Source: Gammaproteobacteria bacterium (GTDB taxonomy: Bacteria; Pseudomonadota; Gammaproteobacteria; CAJXQU01). Taken from it: a stretch of DNA of 64,000 nucleotides. Where the stretch lies: contig CBDEGZ010000003.1 of the NCBI GenBank assembly GCA_965238175.1, positions 2,464,001-2,528,000 of the forward strand, in the 5' to 3' direction. The notes below the pieces were generated by a model that had not been told where the DNA came from, searched no databases, and worked only from the letters and a program-made list of their open reading frames with translations. The stretch's first letter is position 1. Every line of letters starts with the position of its first letter. Below, in pieces: positions 1 to 8,902 of this stretch. Position numbers and translations under genes: made by a program.

Positions 1-1410
1 GGTCATATTAAATGTGCCGCCGGCGTAAGTGATCGTTTCCAAGGCAAAGAAACCATACGTCTGCTCAACAACACTCGATGCCGACACTTGCGAAGCTACT
101 GCCGTTATCGCTTCAGTTGGGGCACCTGAATTAGCCATCAGGCCTATGGCAACAACGATCAAGACGATAATAAAACCGATCATTGGCCCTGTCGTATGCT
201 TCATCAACGCGCGCACTGCGCAAGCGATAGCCGCCCCGCCAAGAATGACGAATAGGAAATAAGTGCCTACTGGATAGGATGTATACGCTGTTTCTACAGG
301 CGCAACATATTTCCACTCAGCTGCTGCCGCCAATGCCGCTGGATCTATCAAATTATCCATTGCGGCATGCATACTCACGCCCATCGCAATGACCGCCAGT
401 ATCACGAAAAACATGATGGGCGACAGATTGCGAGCGATTTTTTGCAGTTGAGGAATCGCCACACTGATTAATAGAGAAATAACCAGCACCGCACCATAAG
501 CCATGTCAGTAACATAACTTTGTACCTGGCCGAAGTTAAACGTGGACAGCGCATAGGTGATCAAATAGATATTTAACGCACCTAACAGACCACCAAAAGC
601 ACTACCCCGGCCACCGGCCAGGTTGGCACCGCCAAGCACCAGAGCGGTCACAGCCATCAAAGTGTAGGTTGTGCCTTGCGAGGGATCGCCAGAACTGATC
701 AGCGAGGTAAAGGTCAAGGCAGCAAGCCCGGCGTATATACCACCGACAATATGTGCACCTAACCGCACCATGTTGATATTTACTCCACTGGTGTAGGTCG
801 CCCGTTCATCTGAGCCCATCATTATGAGGTTGCCGAAAAAGGCGGTTTTAGCAAGAACGTACCAGCCGAGGGTCGCGGCGATTAAGATCACCAGAACCGG
901 TGAAAAAATGGTAGTTCCTGCACCCCAGTCCAACATCCATTCTGGTGCCAACCCGCCAGGTCGCGGCATAATCATCAGGTTCAGACCCACCAGAGCAAGA
1001 TAGCCACTCAATGAAACGATGATCGGCTGCACACGGACGAAAATAATAATCAAGCCGAGCAATATTTGATAGACAACACCGACAGCCATGGCAAAAAGGA
1101 ATACTGCTATTGGCGACTCAATGAAACCAATGCCGACTAACTGGATCAAACTGACATTAACAAAACCGATGAGTGGACCAATAGACAGGTCAACACCAGC
1201 TCGCCCTGCCATCGTAATCATGGTTAATGCGTAAGTCGCCAAAACCAGTGGCGCGACCACGATCACAGCACTACCGATCCCTGCACTAGAGATCAAATTA
1301 GGTCCTCTGATAACGGCAAAGATCAGCAATACAAAGAAGATAAAAATCGGAACCATAAGGTATGTACTCGCCCCGGAACCTGACTCTTTGCGCTTTTTTA
1401 CAGTATTCAC
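1..1410 (-). CDS. Sugar-type (CUT2, RbsC-like) ABC permease with long C-terminal extension; 3' end beyond window edge
   Basis: Not in the ORF track because no stop occurs in the window. My translation from GTG at 1410 stays open to base 1 (470 codons). It has RbsC-like motifs (GVDLSIG, VRVQPIIVSL, GSDERATYTSGVN, ALVLGGANLAGGRG) and follows the ATPase and binding-protein genes on the same strand. Confidence 0.85.
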   Translation of the reverse strand, partial: MNTVKKRKESGSGASTYLMVPIFIFFVLLIFAVIRGPNLISSAGIGSAVIVVAPLVLATYALTMITMAGRAGVDLSIGPLIGFVNVSLIQLVGIGFIESPIAVFLFAMAVGVVYQILLGLIIIFVRVQPIIVSLSGYLALVGLNLMIMPRPGGLAPEWMLDWGAGTTIFSPVLVILIAATLGWYVLAKTAFFGNLIMMGSDERATYTSGVNINMVRLGAHIVGGIYAGLAALTFTSLISSGDPSQGTTYTLMAVTALVLGGANLAGGRGSAFGGLLGALNIYLITYALSTFNFGQVQSYVTDMAYGAVLVISLLISVAIPQLQKIARNLSPIMFFVILAVIAMGVSMHAAMDNLIDPAALAAAAEWKYVAPVETAYTSYPVGTYFLFVILGGAAIACAVRALMKHTTGPMIGFIIVLIVVAIGLMANSGAPTEAITAVASQVSASSVVEQTYGFFALETITYAGGTFNMT

Positions 1411-1574
1411 TTTTGTTGACTCTTAATCACGGTTCGTATTAACCCTATGTATGTTTACTGAAGTCCACAGGGTGAAAAAATTGCAGACTTCTTCATATTT
1501 AATATCTTGACTCTTGCAACACATTCAATCCTGCTTAACTCACTTGGACGCTGACACTAACAGGCACATCAGTG

Positions 1575-3893
1575 CTATTTCTCTCCAAGCATCAACTGGT
1601 TAAATTTTTGCAGATCCTTTTCGCTATACTCGAATGGACTAGAAACTGCTTGCCGGGACTTCTCCTTGTGGTTCTCAAATTTCGCCTTACTTTCTTTTTT
1701 GCCTACAGAGATGAACTCATTACTATGGGGCTCCTCAACCTCCGGCTGCATAAGCTCCTGGAATCTACGCTCGTCTGCATCGCTGTAATTTGCACCGTTA
1801 TCTCTACACCCAGAAAAACGTGTTACCTTTCTGCCCTTTTTCTCAAAAACCATCAGCTCCTCAAAATTACGTGCGTCATCCTCCGAGTATTGGGTTCCTG
1901 TCGACGACACTATTTCTTCATGTCGCTTATCATCATCACGAAGCCCCAAAATATCTTCTTCAACACCCGAAGATATCATCAACTTTTCGAACTGGTCTTC
2001 ATCACTTGAGCTATAACCATCTTTGCCCAGACTTGAAGTCAGAGGCTCTTCTTTGAAATATTTGCTTACGTTGAGTTTGCTCACATTGAACTCCGAGTTT
2101 GTCTCTTTGTTTGTTTCTGATTCGACTTTTTCCGAGGGTTTAATTTCAGACTTAATTGACTGCTGACTAATGGTGTTTTGCTTCAACAGCAGCTGCTTTT
2201 CTCTGTCGCTTTTCGGTTTGCTGACAGTCTTTCGGGGGCTTGTTTGTTTACTATTGCCAACGGCTGCTCTCATTTTTCGTTCCAGGTAGGCCTGATGAGA
2301 ACCATCTTTGCCCTGATAGCGACCAAACATCGACTCGAGAATGCCGACCGGCTCAATCTTTTCATCTACAAATTCTTCAAAAATACTGCCATTACGAAAC
2401 ACCAGAACGCGCGAACAAAATCCAATAAATTCTTCCAGTTCGCTTGACATATAAATTGCCGAACTGCCTTCCCCGGCGAATTCACGCAATTGCTTGTAAA
2501 GATCCCTTTTGGTATGCAAGTCAATACCACGAGCAGGATCCAGCAAAACCAAGGTTTTTGGATGGGTCGCGAAAGCACGTCCCAGCATTACTTTTTGCTG
2601 GTTACCACCACTCAATGAGGTGATCAGGTTTTCTTTCGGTCCGGTTTTAATGGCAAGACGCTCGACCTCCCAATCAAAAACATCTCTTAAACTAAACCAG
2701 TCAATCAAACGTGCACCAGGCAACTTCGAATGACTGTGATATAAGGGGAGTAATAAATTCTCAAAAATACTTAAATTCGGGAGAATGCCTTCTTTTTTAC
2801 GATCACCCGATACAAATGCGATATTATGAGTTTTAGCATCGTCCAGACTTCTAATGGTGAAATAATCTTCTGAATTTTGCTTTCTCACCAGAGTATGACC
2901 ATCACTAGCTTCTTTAACTCCAGCAATAATGCGGCAAAAATCGTCCTGACCGTGACCATCCAAGCCAGTAACACCGATAATTTCACCCTTTAACAGATCG
3001 AAATTCATCGGTTCAGCATCGGCCCAAACCTTCATATTCCTGGTTTTTACGGCAGACTCGGTGTTCGTTGTTTGATGAGCATCACCAATTTTCGGCTTTT
3101 CCGACTCAGACTTGCCAGTCATTAAACGCAACAGGTTTTCTTCGGTGATTTCCTCTTTTTGCAAAACACCAACATCTATGCCATCGCGCATCACCGTGCA
3201 ACGATCACTGACACGAATCAACTCCGCGATGCGGTGAGTAACGATAATAATCGCAGTACCAGCATCCCGCATTTGCCGCATTTTTTCGAACAGCCGTTCC
3301 GTTGAATCAAAATCCAACGCAGCGGATGATTCATCGAGAATCAGAAGATCCGGATCACATAAAAAACCACGGCAAATGGTTATCCATGCTTTGATACTTA
3401 ATGGCAAAGTACCTGCTAGCTGCAGCGGATCAATCGGCTCGCCGCACATCTCACTCATCAACTCACGCGCCTTGTCCTCTTTCTCCGTGTCCGACATAGA
3501 TTTTGAGAAGAAACCATCAGAGCCAATAAACAGGTTATCAACCACCGAAGCCTCGTCAGCGACCAGTACTTCCTGGAATACCATAGCAACCCCGACTGAA
3601 CGGGACTCGCCTGGCGTACTAGGATGATGCCCTTTAATAGATACCTTCCCTGAATCAATTGGTAAAACACCAGCCAGCACTTTGGCCATAGTACTTTTAC
3701 CACAGCCGTTACCCCCGGTAATCGCGTGAATCTCACCGAAATTACCGTTAAAGGTAGCACCGTTCAAGGCTTTGGTTACCCCAAATGCCTTATGGACATT
3801 CCTAACATAAAGGTCACCCGGATAGGTGGTTAACACTTCCCCTGCAACTCCTGAGGAATTATTCTCAGGTGTTTTGTCGGCTGCGATTTCCAC
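1575..3893 (-). CDS. Sugar ABC ATP-binding protein (RbsA/MglA-like, two fused NBDs) with ~250-aa repeat-containing C-terminal tail
   Basis: Walker A GGNGCGKS, LILDESS, HRIAE, and second-domain signature LSGGNQQK. The core ends near residue 525 and is followed by a charged low-complexity tail. Confidence 0.9.
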   Translation of the reverse strand: MEIAADKTPENNSSGVAGEVLTTYPGDLYVRNVHKAFGVTKALNGATFNGNFGEIHAITGGNGCGKSTMAKVLAGVLPIDSGKVSIKGHHPSTPGESRSVGVAMVFQEVLVADEASVVDNLFIGSDGFFSKSMSDTEKEDKARELMSEMCGEPIDPLQLAGTLPLSIKAWITICRGFLCDPDLLILDESSAALDFDSTERLFEKMRQMRDAGTAIIIVTHRIAELIRVSDRCTVMRDGIDVGVLQKEEITEENLLRLMTGKSESEKPKIGDAHQTTNTESAVKTRNMKVWADAEPMNFDLLKGEIIGVTGLDGHGQDDFCRIIAGVKEASDGHTLVRKQNSEDYFTIRSLDDAKTHNIAFVSGDRKKEGILPNLSIFENLLLPLYHSHSKLPGARLIDWFSLRDVFDWEVERLAIKTGPKENLITSLSGGNQQKVMLGRAFATHPKTLVLLDPARGIDLHTKRDLYKQLREFAGEGSSAIYMSSELEEFIGFCSRVLVFRNGSIFEEFVDEKIEPVGILESMFGRYQGKDGSHQAYLERKMRAAVGNSKQTSPRKTVSKPKSDREKQLLLKQNTISQQSIKSEIKPSEKVESETNKETNSEFNVSKLNVSKYFKEEPLTSSLGKDGYSSSDEDQFEKLMISSGVEEDILGLRDDDKRHEEIVSSTGTQYSEDDARNFEELMVFEKKGRKVTRFSGCRDNGANYSDADERRFQELMQPEVEEPHSNEFISVGKKESKAKFENHKEKSRQAVSSPFEYSEKDLQKFNQLMLGEK
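1590..2015 (-). repeat. Four dispersed copies of protein motif YSxxDxxxFxxLM in the ATPase tail
   Basis: YSSSDEDQFEKLM (2015-1977), YSEDDARNFEELM (1889-1851), YSDADERRFQELM (1787-1749), YSEKDLQKFNQLM (1628-1590). Confidence 0.9.
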
Positions 3894-3931
3894 TTATCCG
3901 GGCCCTTCCACAATCAATTAATTACTAAAGA

Positions 3932-5113
3932 TTAATGAGTTGCTGGATCGTATTTTGTTGGATCTGCTGGGCGCAGGAAGAAATTATCCAGATAACCGGG
4001 TCCACCCCAGCGATCAACACCTACATTCAGCCATTCGGTAGAATTGCGATCACAGTCCTCACCTAGCAAGGCTTCAACCTCCTCATATTCAATCAATACT
4101 GATGGCACTAATACGGACTGAATCTTAGGCCCTTGTCCCTGCATGGTACGCATCATGATGTTAAAGCCCAGTTCGATATCATCACCTGGAGGCCAGGTTT
4201 GAATCGCACCGCTGATATAATCAGGGTTGTTGCGCCAGTAGCACAATGCACCCATTTCACCACCAATGGACATTGGCGGAATATCATCACGACCTGACTG
4301 CAAGATTGCCTGCAGTACGCCAGTTTCACCTGAAGATTGCACAGCAATGCCATCCAGTTCGCCGGGGTGCGTTGCTAGCCACTTCTGCGTTTCCGCCTGA
4401 CCAACCTGAGAGGTCCACATGTGAGCGATATTACCTGTGACCTCAATATCTTCAGATTGTGACAAACCGTCCAGAACACCACGGTTTTGAGAGTCGGATG
4501 CAGATGCACCAGGAATACCTTCAATTACCAGGACATTACCTTCCTCATCAATTTCTTCTGCCATCCAACGGCCTATTTCATAGCCAGCCTGATGGTAGTT
4601 AACCGATGAGTTAACTACATAAGGTGAGGTGACATAACCTGTGAAGGAAAACACCGGTACACCTTTGTCATAAGCATATTTAATAGATTGATTTAGAGCA
4701 GTTGGATTTGAGCAACAGATAATGATTGCATCAACACCCTGATCAACTAGCTGTCGAATCTGTTGAATCTGCAGAGAATCTTTTAGATTGGATTGCGTAA
4801 CAATTATATCTTTGAGTAAGCCAAGCTCTTGCCACTTTGGCTTTAACTCTCCAAGCAGACGCTCCATTGCGCCTTTTCGCCAGGTATTACCAGCATAGGT
4901 ACTGGCATAACCAATAGTCCAAGGTGGCTTACGCTCACTTTTCCACTCTCTAAAGACGCTAATATCAAGCGGTTGTGCTGGATCTGTATATTTTGGGTCA
5001 TATGCTTTTTCTCGAATATCATCAGGAATCTCATCAAGACCTTCTGCTACAGATGTAGCCGACAACCCTAACGAACACGCAACTAATGTGATTAGCTGAA
5101 TTATTTTTCTCAT
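3932..5113 (-). CDS. Periplasmic substrate-binding protein (PBP type 1, sugar-binding-like) of ABC importer
   Basis: Signal peptide; IGYASTYAGNTWR and QQIRQLVDQGVDAIII motifs. ATG at 5113 lies 7 nt after a strong SD (AAGAGGAGGA), so it is preferred over TTG at 5119. Confidence 0.88.
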   Translation of the reverse strand: MRKIIQLITLVACSLGLSATSVAEGLDEIPDDIREKAYDPKYTDPAQPLDISVFREWKSERKPPWTIGYASTYAGNTWRKGAMERLLGELKPKWQELGLLKDIIVTQSNLKDSLQIQQIRQLVDQGVDAIIICCSNPTALNQSIKYAYDKGVPVFSFTGYVTSPYVVNSSVNYHQAGYEIGRWMAEEIDEEGNVLVIEGIPGASASDSQNRGVLDGLSQSEDIEVTGNIAHMWTSQVGQAETQKWLATHPGELDGIAVQSSGETGVLQAILQSGRDDIPPMSIGGEMGALCYWRNNPDYISGAIQTWPPGDDIELGFNIMMRTMQGQGPKIQSVLVPSVLIEYEEVEALLGEDCDRNSTEWLNVGVDRWGGPGYLDNFFLRPADPTKYDPATH

Positions 5114-5235
5114 AATCAAATCCTCCTCTTTGGATGATTATTTGGTGGTATAGCTGAACGTTTTTATAGTTATTTTGAGATAGTCTACAAAATCACACAG
5201 ACATGCCCATAAGTTATAATTTAAAGCTATAATAT

Positions 5236-5251
5236 ACTAACTTTAGTTAGT
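5236..5251. promoter_or_regulatory. Perfect inverted repeat ACTAAC-TTTA-GTTAGT, candidate regulator site upstream of the left ABC operon
   Basis: Seen directly, about 120 bp upstream of the binding-protein start, in an AT-rich divergent spacer. Function inferred. Confidence 0.35.
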
Positions 5252-5934
5252 GTTATTAATTTAATCATGGACTATATTCTTTTGTCAATGCGACACTCTA
5301 TCTAAAGATATATTTATTTAGACCTAATATGCAGTGGTTCTAGATAATTACTGAAAGAATTAATAAGTGTTGAAAGTAACCTTAAGCGTTATATCTAAAG
5401 AATTCTCGATTCCAGAAAAATATATATAACTAGTTATTATTCAATAATTTAATAAATTAATGCTTTTAAGTTTTTTCACTCAAATCTTACAAGATTATTT
5501 GAATTTTAAGGTGAAAATATATTTTCCATAGACTATGCATATATAGACCAATGTTATATCCATACCTGTTAAATAGGTAATCCGAAACAATTTGGATAGC
5601 AGATAACAGAATAGATGTGCACTGAAGTAAGCGAGGACCGTTATTTGAGCTACGCCATTAGCTAAGCGTTCGAAACATGGAGATTCACACTTAGAACCAT
5701 GGGTTAGCGAGAGGAATATACTTCGAAACAAATAAGTGAAAATCAGCGTACTAGAATGTAGCGTCGTCCAGAAAATACACTCATTCTAGACAGGAAAATC
5801 AAAATGGTATGATGTAGTTGGGTACAAATAGATAGTGACAATCTGCTGGTGTCGTATTGCTAGTAAACAGCCGATGAAGTTTAACGCTTAATTAGGATAT
5901 TAAAGTGCAGAGTGTCCATAGGTTTATATAAATG

Positions 5935-5965
5935 AGAGTATCGTGAAGAGTATCGTGAAGAGTAT
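5935..5965 (+). repeat. 12-bp tandem repeat (AGAGTATCGTGA x2.5) over the kinase start
   Basis: agagtatcgtga agagtatcgtga agagtat; gives MKSIVKSIK in frame. Confidence 0.8.
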
Positions 5966-8006
5966 AAAAAATACGTTTAATCGATTTTCTCTGGATCGAA
6001 AAATTTTAACTTTGATTATTATCGAGGTTATTGGCTTTCTCGTTGTAACACTAGTTGCGTTTTCACAGGTACGCACGGTTGGCAACGAAGTAAAGCAGGT
6101 CACTTATGTGATTTTGCCCTTGTCCGTGTCCATAGAAAACATTCATTCACAGATCCAAAGCCAGCGTCTGAATACTGAGATAGTTATCTCCAACGGCAAT
6201 CATAGTGTTAACAACAAAGAGATAAGCGAAGCATATCTCACTGCGCGCTCAAACTATTCAAAAGGTGATAAAAAATTACAGAATAGTCTTATCTCAACTG
6301 AACAATTTATTCGTAAGTCAGTATTCAAAAAAGACAAGAATGAAAGCGTTCTCTCTTCGCACAGTGAAGACTTAATCAATGGATTATCTGACCTGCGACA
6401 TGCTACCCAGGCTTATGACCGACGGGTAGTTAATCTATTAGAGCTGGTAGAAAGCTTTACATTTTCGCTGGATATGAAAATACTGGATAAAATCGCGAGC
6501 AGCGAAACACTCCTAATAGAAAAGCTAGACCATCTGAAAACTGAGTTAGAAAAAATAAGGTTGGAGTCGACCAAACATGCGATCTATGTTGAGCGAATCG
6601 CAATCGGTATTATCGTTTTGATCTCCTTAGCCGCTGTTGTTTTCTTTATTGCGATGGTACTGATCATTATAAGAATGAACATTTCCAAACCACTACAATT
6701 GCTCACCGATACAATTAATGCATTTACGGCATTACACAAAGTCGAAGAGTCTGAGTTTGAAAAAGCTCTTATGGAACGCGGTGATGAGCTTGGTCGAATG
6801 GGTCGTAGTTTCAACAGGCTAAAACACGATTTATGGAGACAAGGGCAAGATCTTCAAACTGCTAAAGAAGAAGCCGAAAGAGCCAACCGGGCAAAATCAA
6901 TGTTCCTTGCAGCGGCCAGCCACGATTTACGCCAGCCATTACATGCTATGCAGATGTACATAGCAGCATTACGGCAAAAAGTGAGCGACCGAGATGCACT
7001 TAAGATCATTGACGATGTAGATGCGGTTTCTGTTTCAACTGCAAGGCTTCTGAGTGCTTTATTAGATGTTTCACAGCTCGAAGCCGGAGCTATCAAACCA
7101 CACTTTGAAGACTTCCCCGTACAGGAAGTATTGCTTAGAACTTTTCGGTCGTTTGCCCCTGTTGCGAAACAAAAGAATTTGAACTTTCAACTTGTAGCTT
7201 CTAGTGCATTCGTACGAAGTGACCCCGTATTATTAGAACGTATCCTTGGAAATTTTGTATCCAACGCAATACGTTACACACAACAAGGACGAGTGCTGAT
7301 TGGTTGTCGGCGACAAGGTAATAGTATTTCAATCGAGGTCTGGGATACTGGCTGTGGGTTTCCCGATAGTCAGATTCAGGCTATTTTCGAAGACTTTCAT
7401 CAGATCGACAACAAAGAACGTGATAGAGGCAAAGGGCTGGGGTTAGGGTTAGCCATTGCCAGACGCTTGTCGCAATGCTTATCACATGAAATTCAGTGCG
7501 ATTCTATCGTTGAACATGGGTCACGATTCGCCGTATTGGTAGAAGCTGGTAAATCCCAGCTCAAACAAGTGGAAAAAGAAGAACTTCTGGAAAACATGGC
7601 ACGAGGACTATCGAATATTTGCGTGTTACTTATTGAAGACGATATGGAAGTTCTAAAAGCAACACAACAACTCCTGCTCTCCTGGGGATGTAAAGTATAT
7701 ATAGGGCGAAATATAGATGAGGTTTTACGTGTTGTGAAAGAGCTGAAAGCAACACCGCCAGATATTATTGTGGCCGATAACCGCTTACCCGGTGGGGCAG
7801 AAGGTATAGAGATTGCTACACGTGTTCAACTGATGATGGGGCGTGCAATACCAACGGTGATCGTGACAGGAGATGTAGAGGAAAGTCATATTAGAAACAT
7901 CGCTGATCAGGGTTATCGGGTGTTGTGTAAACCAGTCCAACCAGCAAAATTGCGAGCTCTCATCTCACATTTGGTTAACCCACAAACAAATCGCAGCTCG
8001 ATTTAA
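5943..8006 (+). CDS. Membrane-bound hybrid sensor histidine kinase (periplasmic helical sensor, HAMP, HisKA, HATPase, REC)
   Basis: Two TM helices, HAMP (RGDELGRMGRSFN), H-box AASHDLRQP, N-box NFVSNAIRY, DTGCG, GLGLGLAI, and a C-terminal receiver (LIEDD..ADNRLP..KP). Confidence 0.93.
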   Translation: MKSIVKSIKNTFNRFSLDRKILTLIIIEVIGFLVVTLVAFSQVRTVGNEVKQVTYVILPLSVSIENIHSQIQSQRLNTEIVISNGNHSVNNKEISEAYLTARSNYSKGDKKLQNSLISTEQFIRKSVFKKDKNESVLSSHSEDLINGLSDLRHATQAYDRRVVNLLELVESFTFSLDMKILDKIASSETLLIEKLDHLKTELEKIRLESTKHAIYVERIAIGIIVLISLAAVVFFIAMVLIIIRMNISKPLQLLTDTINAFTALHKVEESEFEKALMERGDELGRMGRSFNRLKHDLWRQGQDLQTAKEEAERANRAKSMFLAAASHDLRQPLHAMQMYIAALRQKVSDRDALKIIDDVDAVSVSTARLLSALLDVSQLEAGAIKPHFEDFPVQEVLLRTFRSFAPVAKQKNLNFQLVASSAFVRSDPVLLERILGNFVSNAIRYTQQGRVLIGCRRQGNSISIEVWDTGCGFPDSQIQAIFEDFHQIDNKERDRGKGLGLGLAIARRLSQCLSHEIQCDSIVEHGSRFAVLVEAGKSQLKQVEKEELLENMARGLSNICVLLIEDDMEVLKATQQLLLSWGCKVYIGRNIDEVLRVVKELKATPPDIIVADNRLPGGAEGIEIATRVQLMMGRAIPTVIVTGDVEESHIRNIADQGYRVLCKPVQPAKLRALISHLVNPQTNRSSI

Positions 8007-8039
8007 GAGAAAAGAATTACGCCGATCAGGCTTCTAAAT

Positions 8040-8810
8040 TCACTCCAGAAGTTCAGTACTTTTCTTCAGCTCAGAATACTTTGCTATAGCTTCAGTACGA
8101 CTTCCGACCTCTAGCTTTTTGAAGATTCCAGAAACGTGCATTTTTACTGTACCGGTAGTCAACCCCAGTTCACTGGCAATGGCCTTATTGGATTTACCAG
8201 ATACAATAAGATCAAGTACCTCCTCCTGCCGACGAGTCAAACCAATTTCTTGTCCTGGCTCTTGCGAGATATTGCTGCTGTTTGATTGGTGGTTTGTGTC
8301 TGATCGCAAAACATGAGGAGGGACGTATATCCCGCCAGCCAGCACTAGCCGAATGGCACTAACAGTAACGTCTGGTGAAGATGTCTTTGGAATATAACCC
8401 ATTGCACCGGCGGCAAGTGCTTGTCGAATAGATCCAATACTTTCCTTTACAGACACAATGATGACTGGAACATCAGGCCAAGAGTGACAGATAGCTCTAA
8501 TACCTGCTTCACCTTGCATGCCTGGCATCATAAGGTCAAGCAGCATAAGGTCAACCGATCCTTTCTCTGAAAGAATGTCAGTTACCTGCTCAAAACTGTT
8601 AGCTTCTATCACCTCCGTTCTAGGGGAAGCCATTTCAACCAACAACTTTAATCCACCTCGTACTAACGCATGATCATCAGCAATAACCATTCGTAAATCA
8701 TGTTTATCACCTTCTAACGGGTCAATCGAACCTACCATATCCATTATTTTTTCCATTGAAGTGAAATGAAGATAATTCGTTGATCGCAAATGCCTTTCAT
8801 ATATTTGCAT
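8040..8810 (-). CDS. NarL/FixJ (LuxR-HTH) family response regulator
   Basis: IADDHALVRGG, LLDLMMPG, GAMGYIPK, LTRRQEEVL..GKSNKAIA..TVKMHV. The true start is probably downstream of 8810. Confidence 0.92.
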   Translation of the reverse strand: MQIYERHLRSTNYLHFTSMEKIMDMVGSIDPLEGDKHDLRMVIADDHALVRGGLKLLVEMASPRTEVIEANSFEQVTDILSEKGSVDLMLLDLMMPGMQGEAGIRAICHSWPDVPVIIVSVKESIGSIRQALAAGAMGYIPKTSSPDVTVSAIRLVLAGGIYVPPHVLRSDTNHQSNSSNISQEPGQEIGLTRRQEEVLDLIVSGKSNKAIASELGLTTGTVKMHVSGIFKKLEVGSRTEAIAKYSELKKSTELLE

Positions 8811-8848
8811 GAATTTTACCTATACTAATACAATACATCCGAGTATAA

Positions 8849-8881
8849 CTAATGATAGGCCATGAATATGGCTAATGATAG
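8849..8881. promoter_or_regulatory. Direct repeat CTAATGATAG x2 enclosing inverted repeat GCCAT-N4-ATGGC, between the divergent regulator and torT-like genes
   Basis: Copies at 8849-8858 and 8872-8881; palindrome at 8859-8872. Confidence 0.4.
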
Positions 8882-8902
8882 TATTTATACTACAAAAAGA
8901 TT

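Noticed and set aside
29-316. Short ORFs 29-262 (+) and 131-316 (-)
   Set aside because: They overlap the real permease frame, which runs off the window edge.
5495-5731. 78-aa ORF in the divergent spacer
   Set aside because: No recognisable motif or SD; lies in AT-rich promoter-like DNA.
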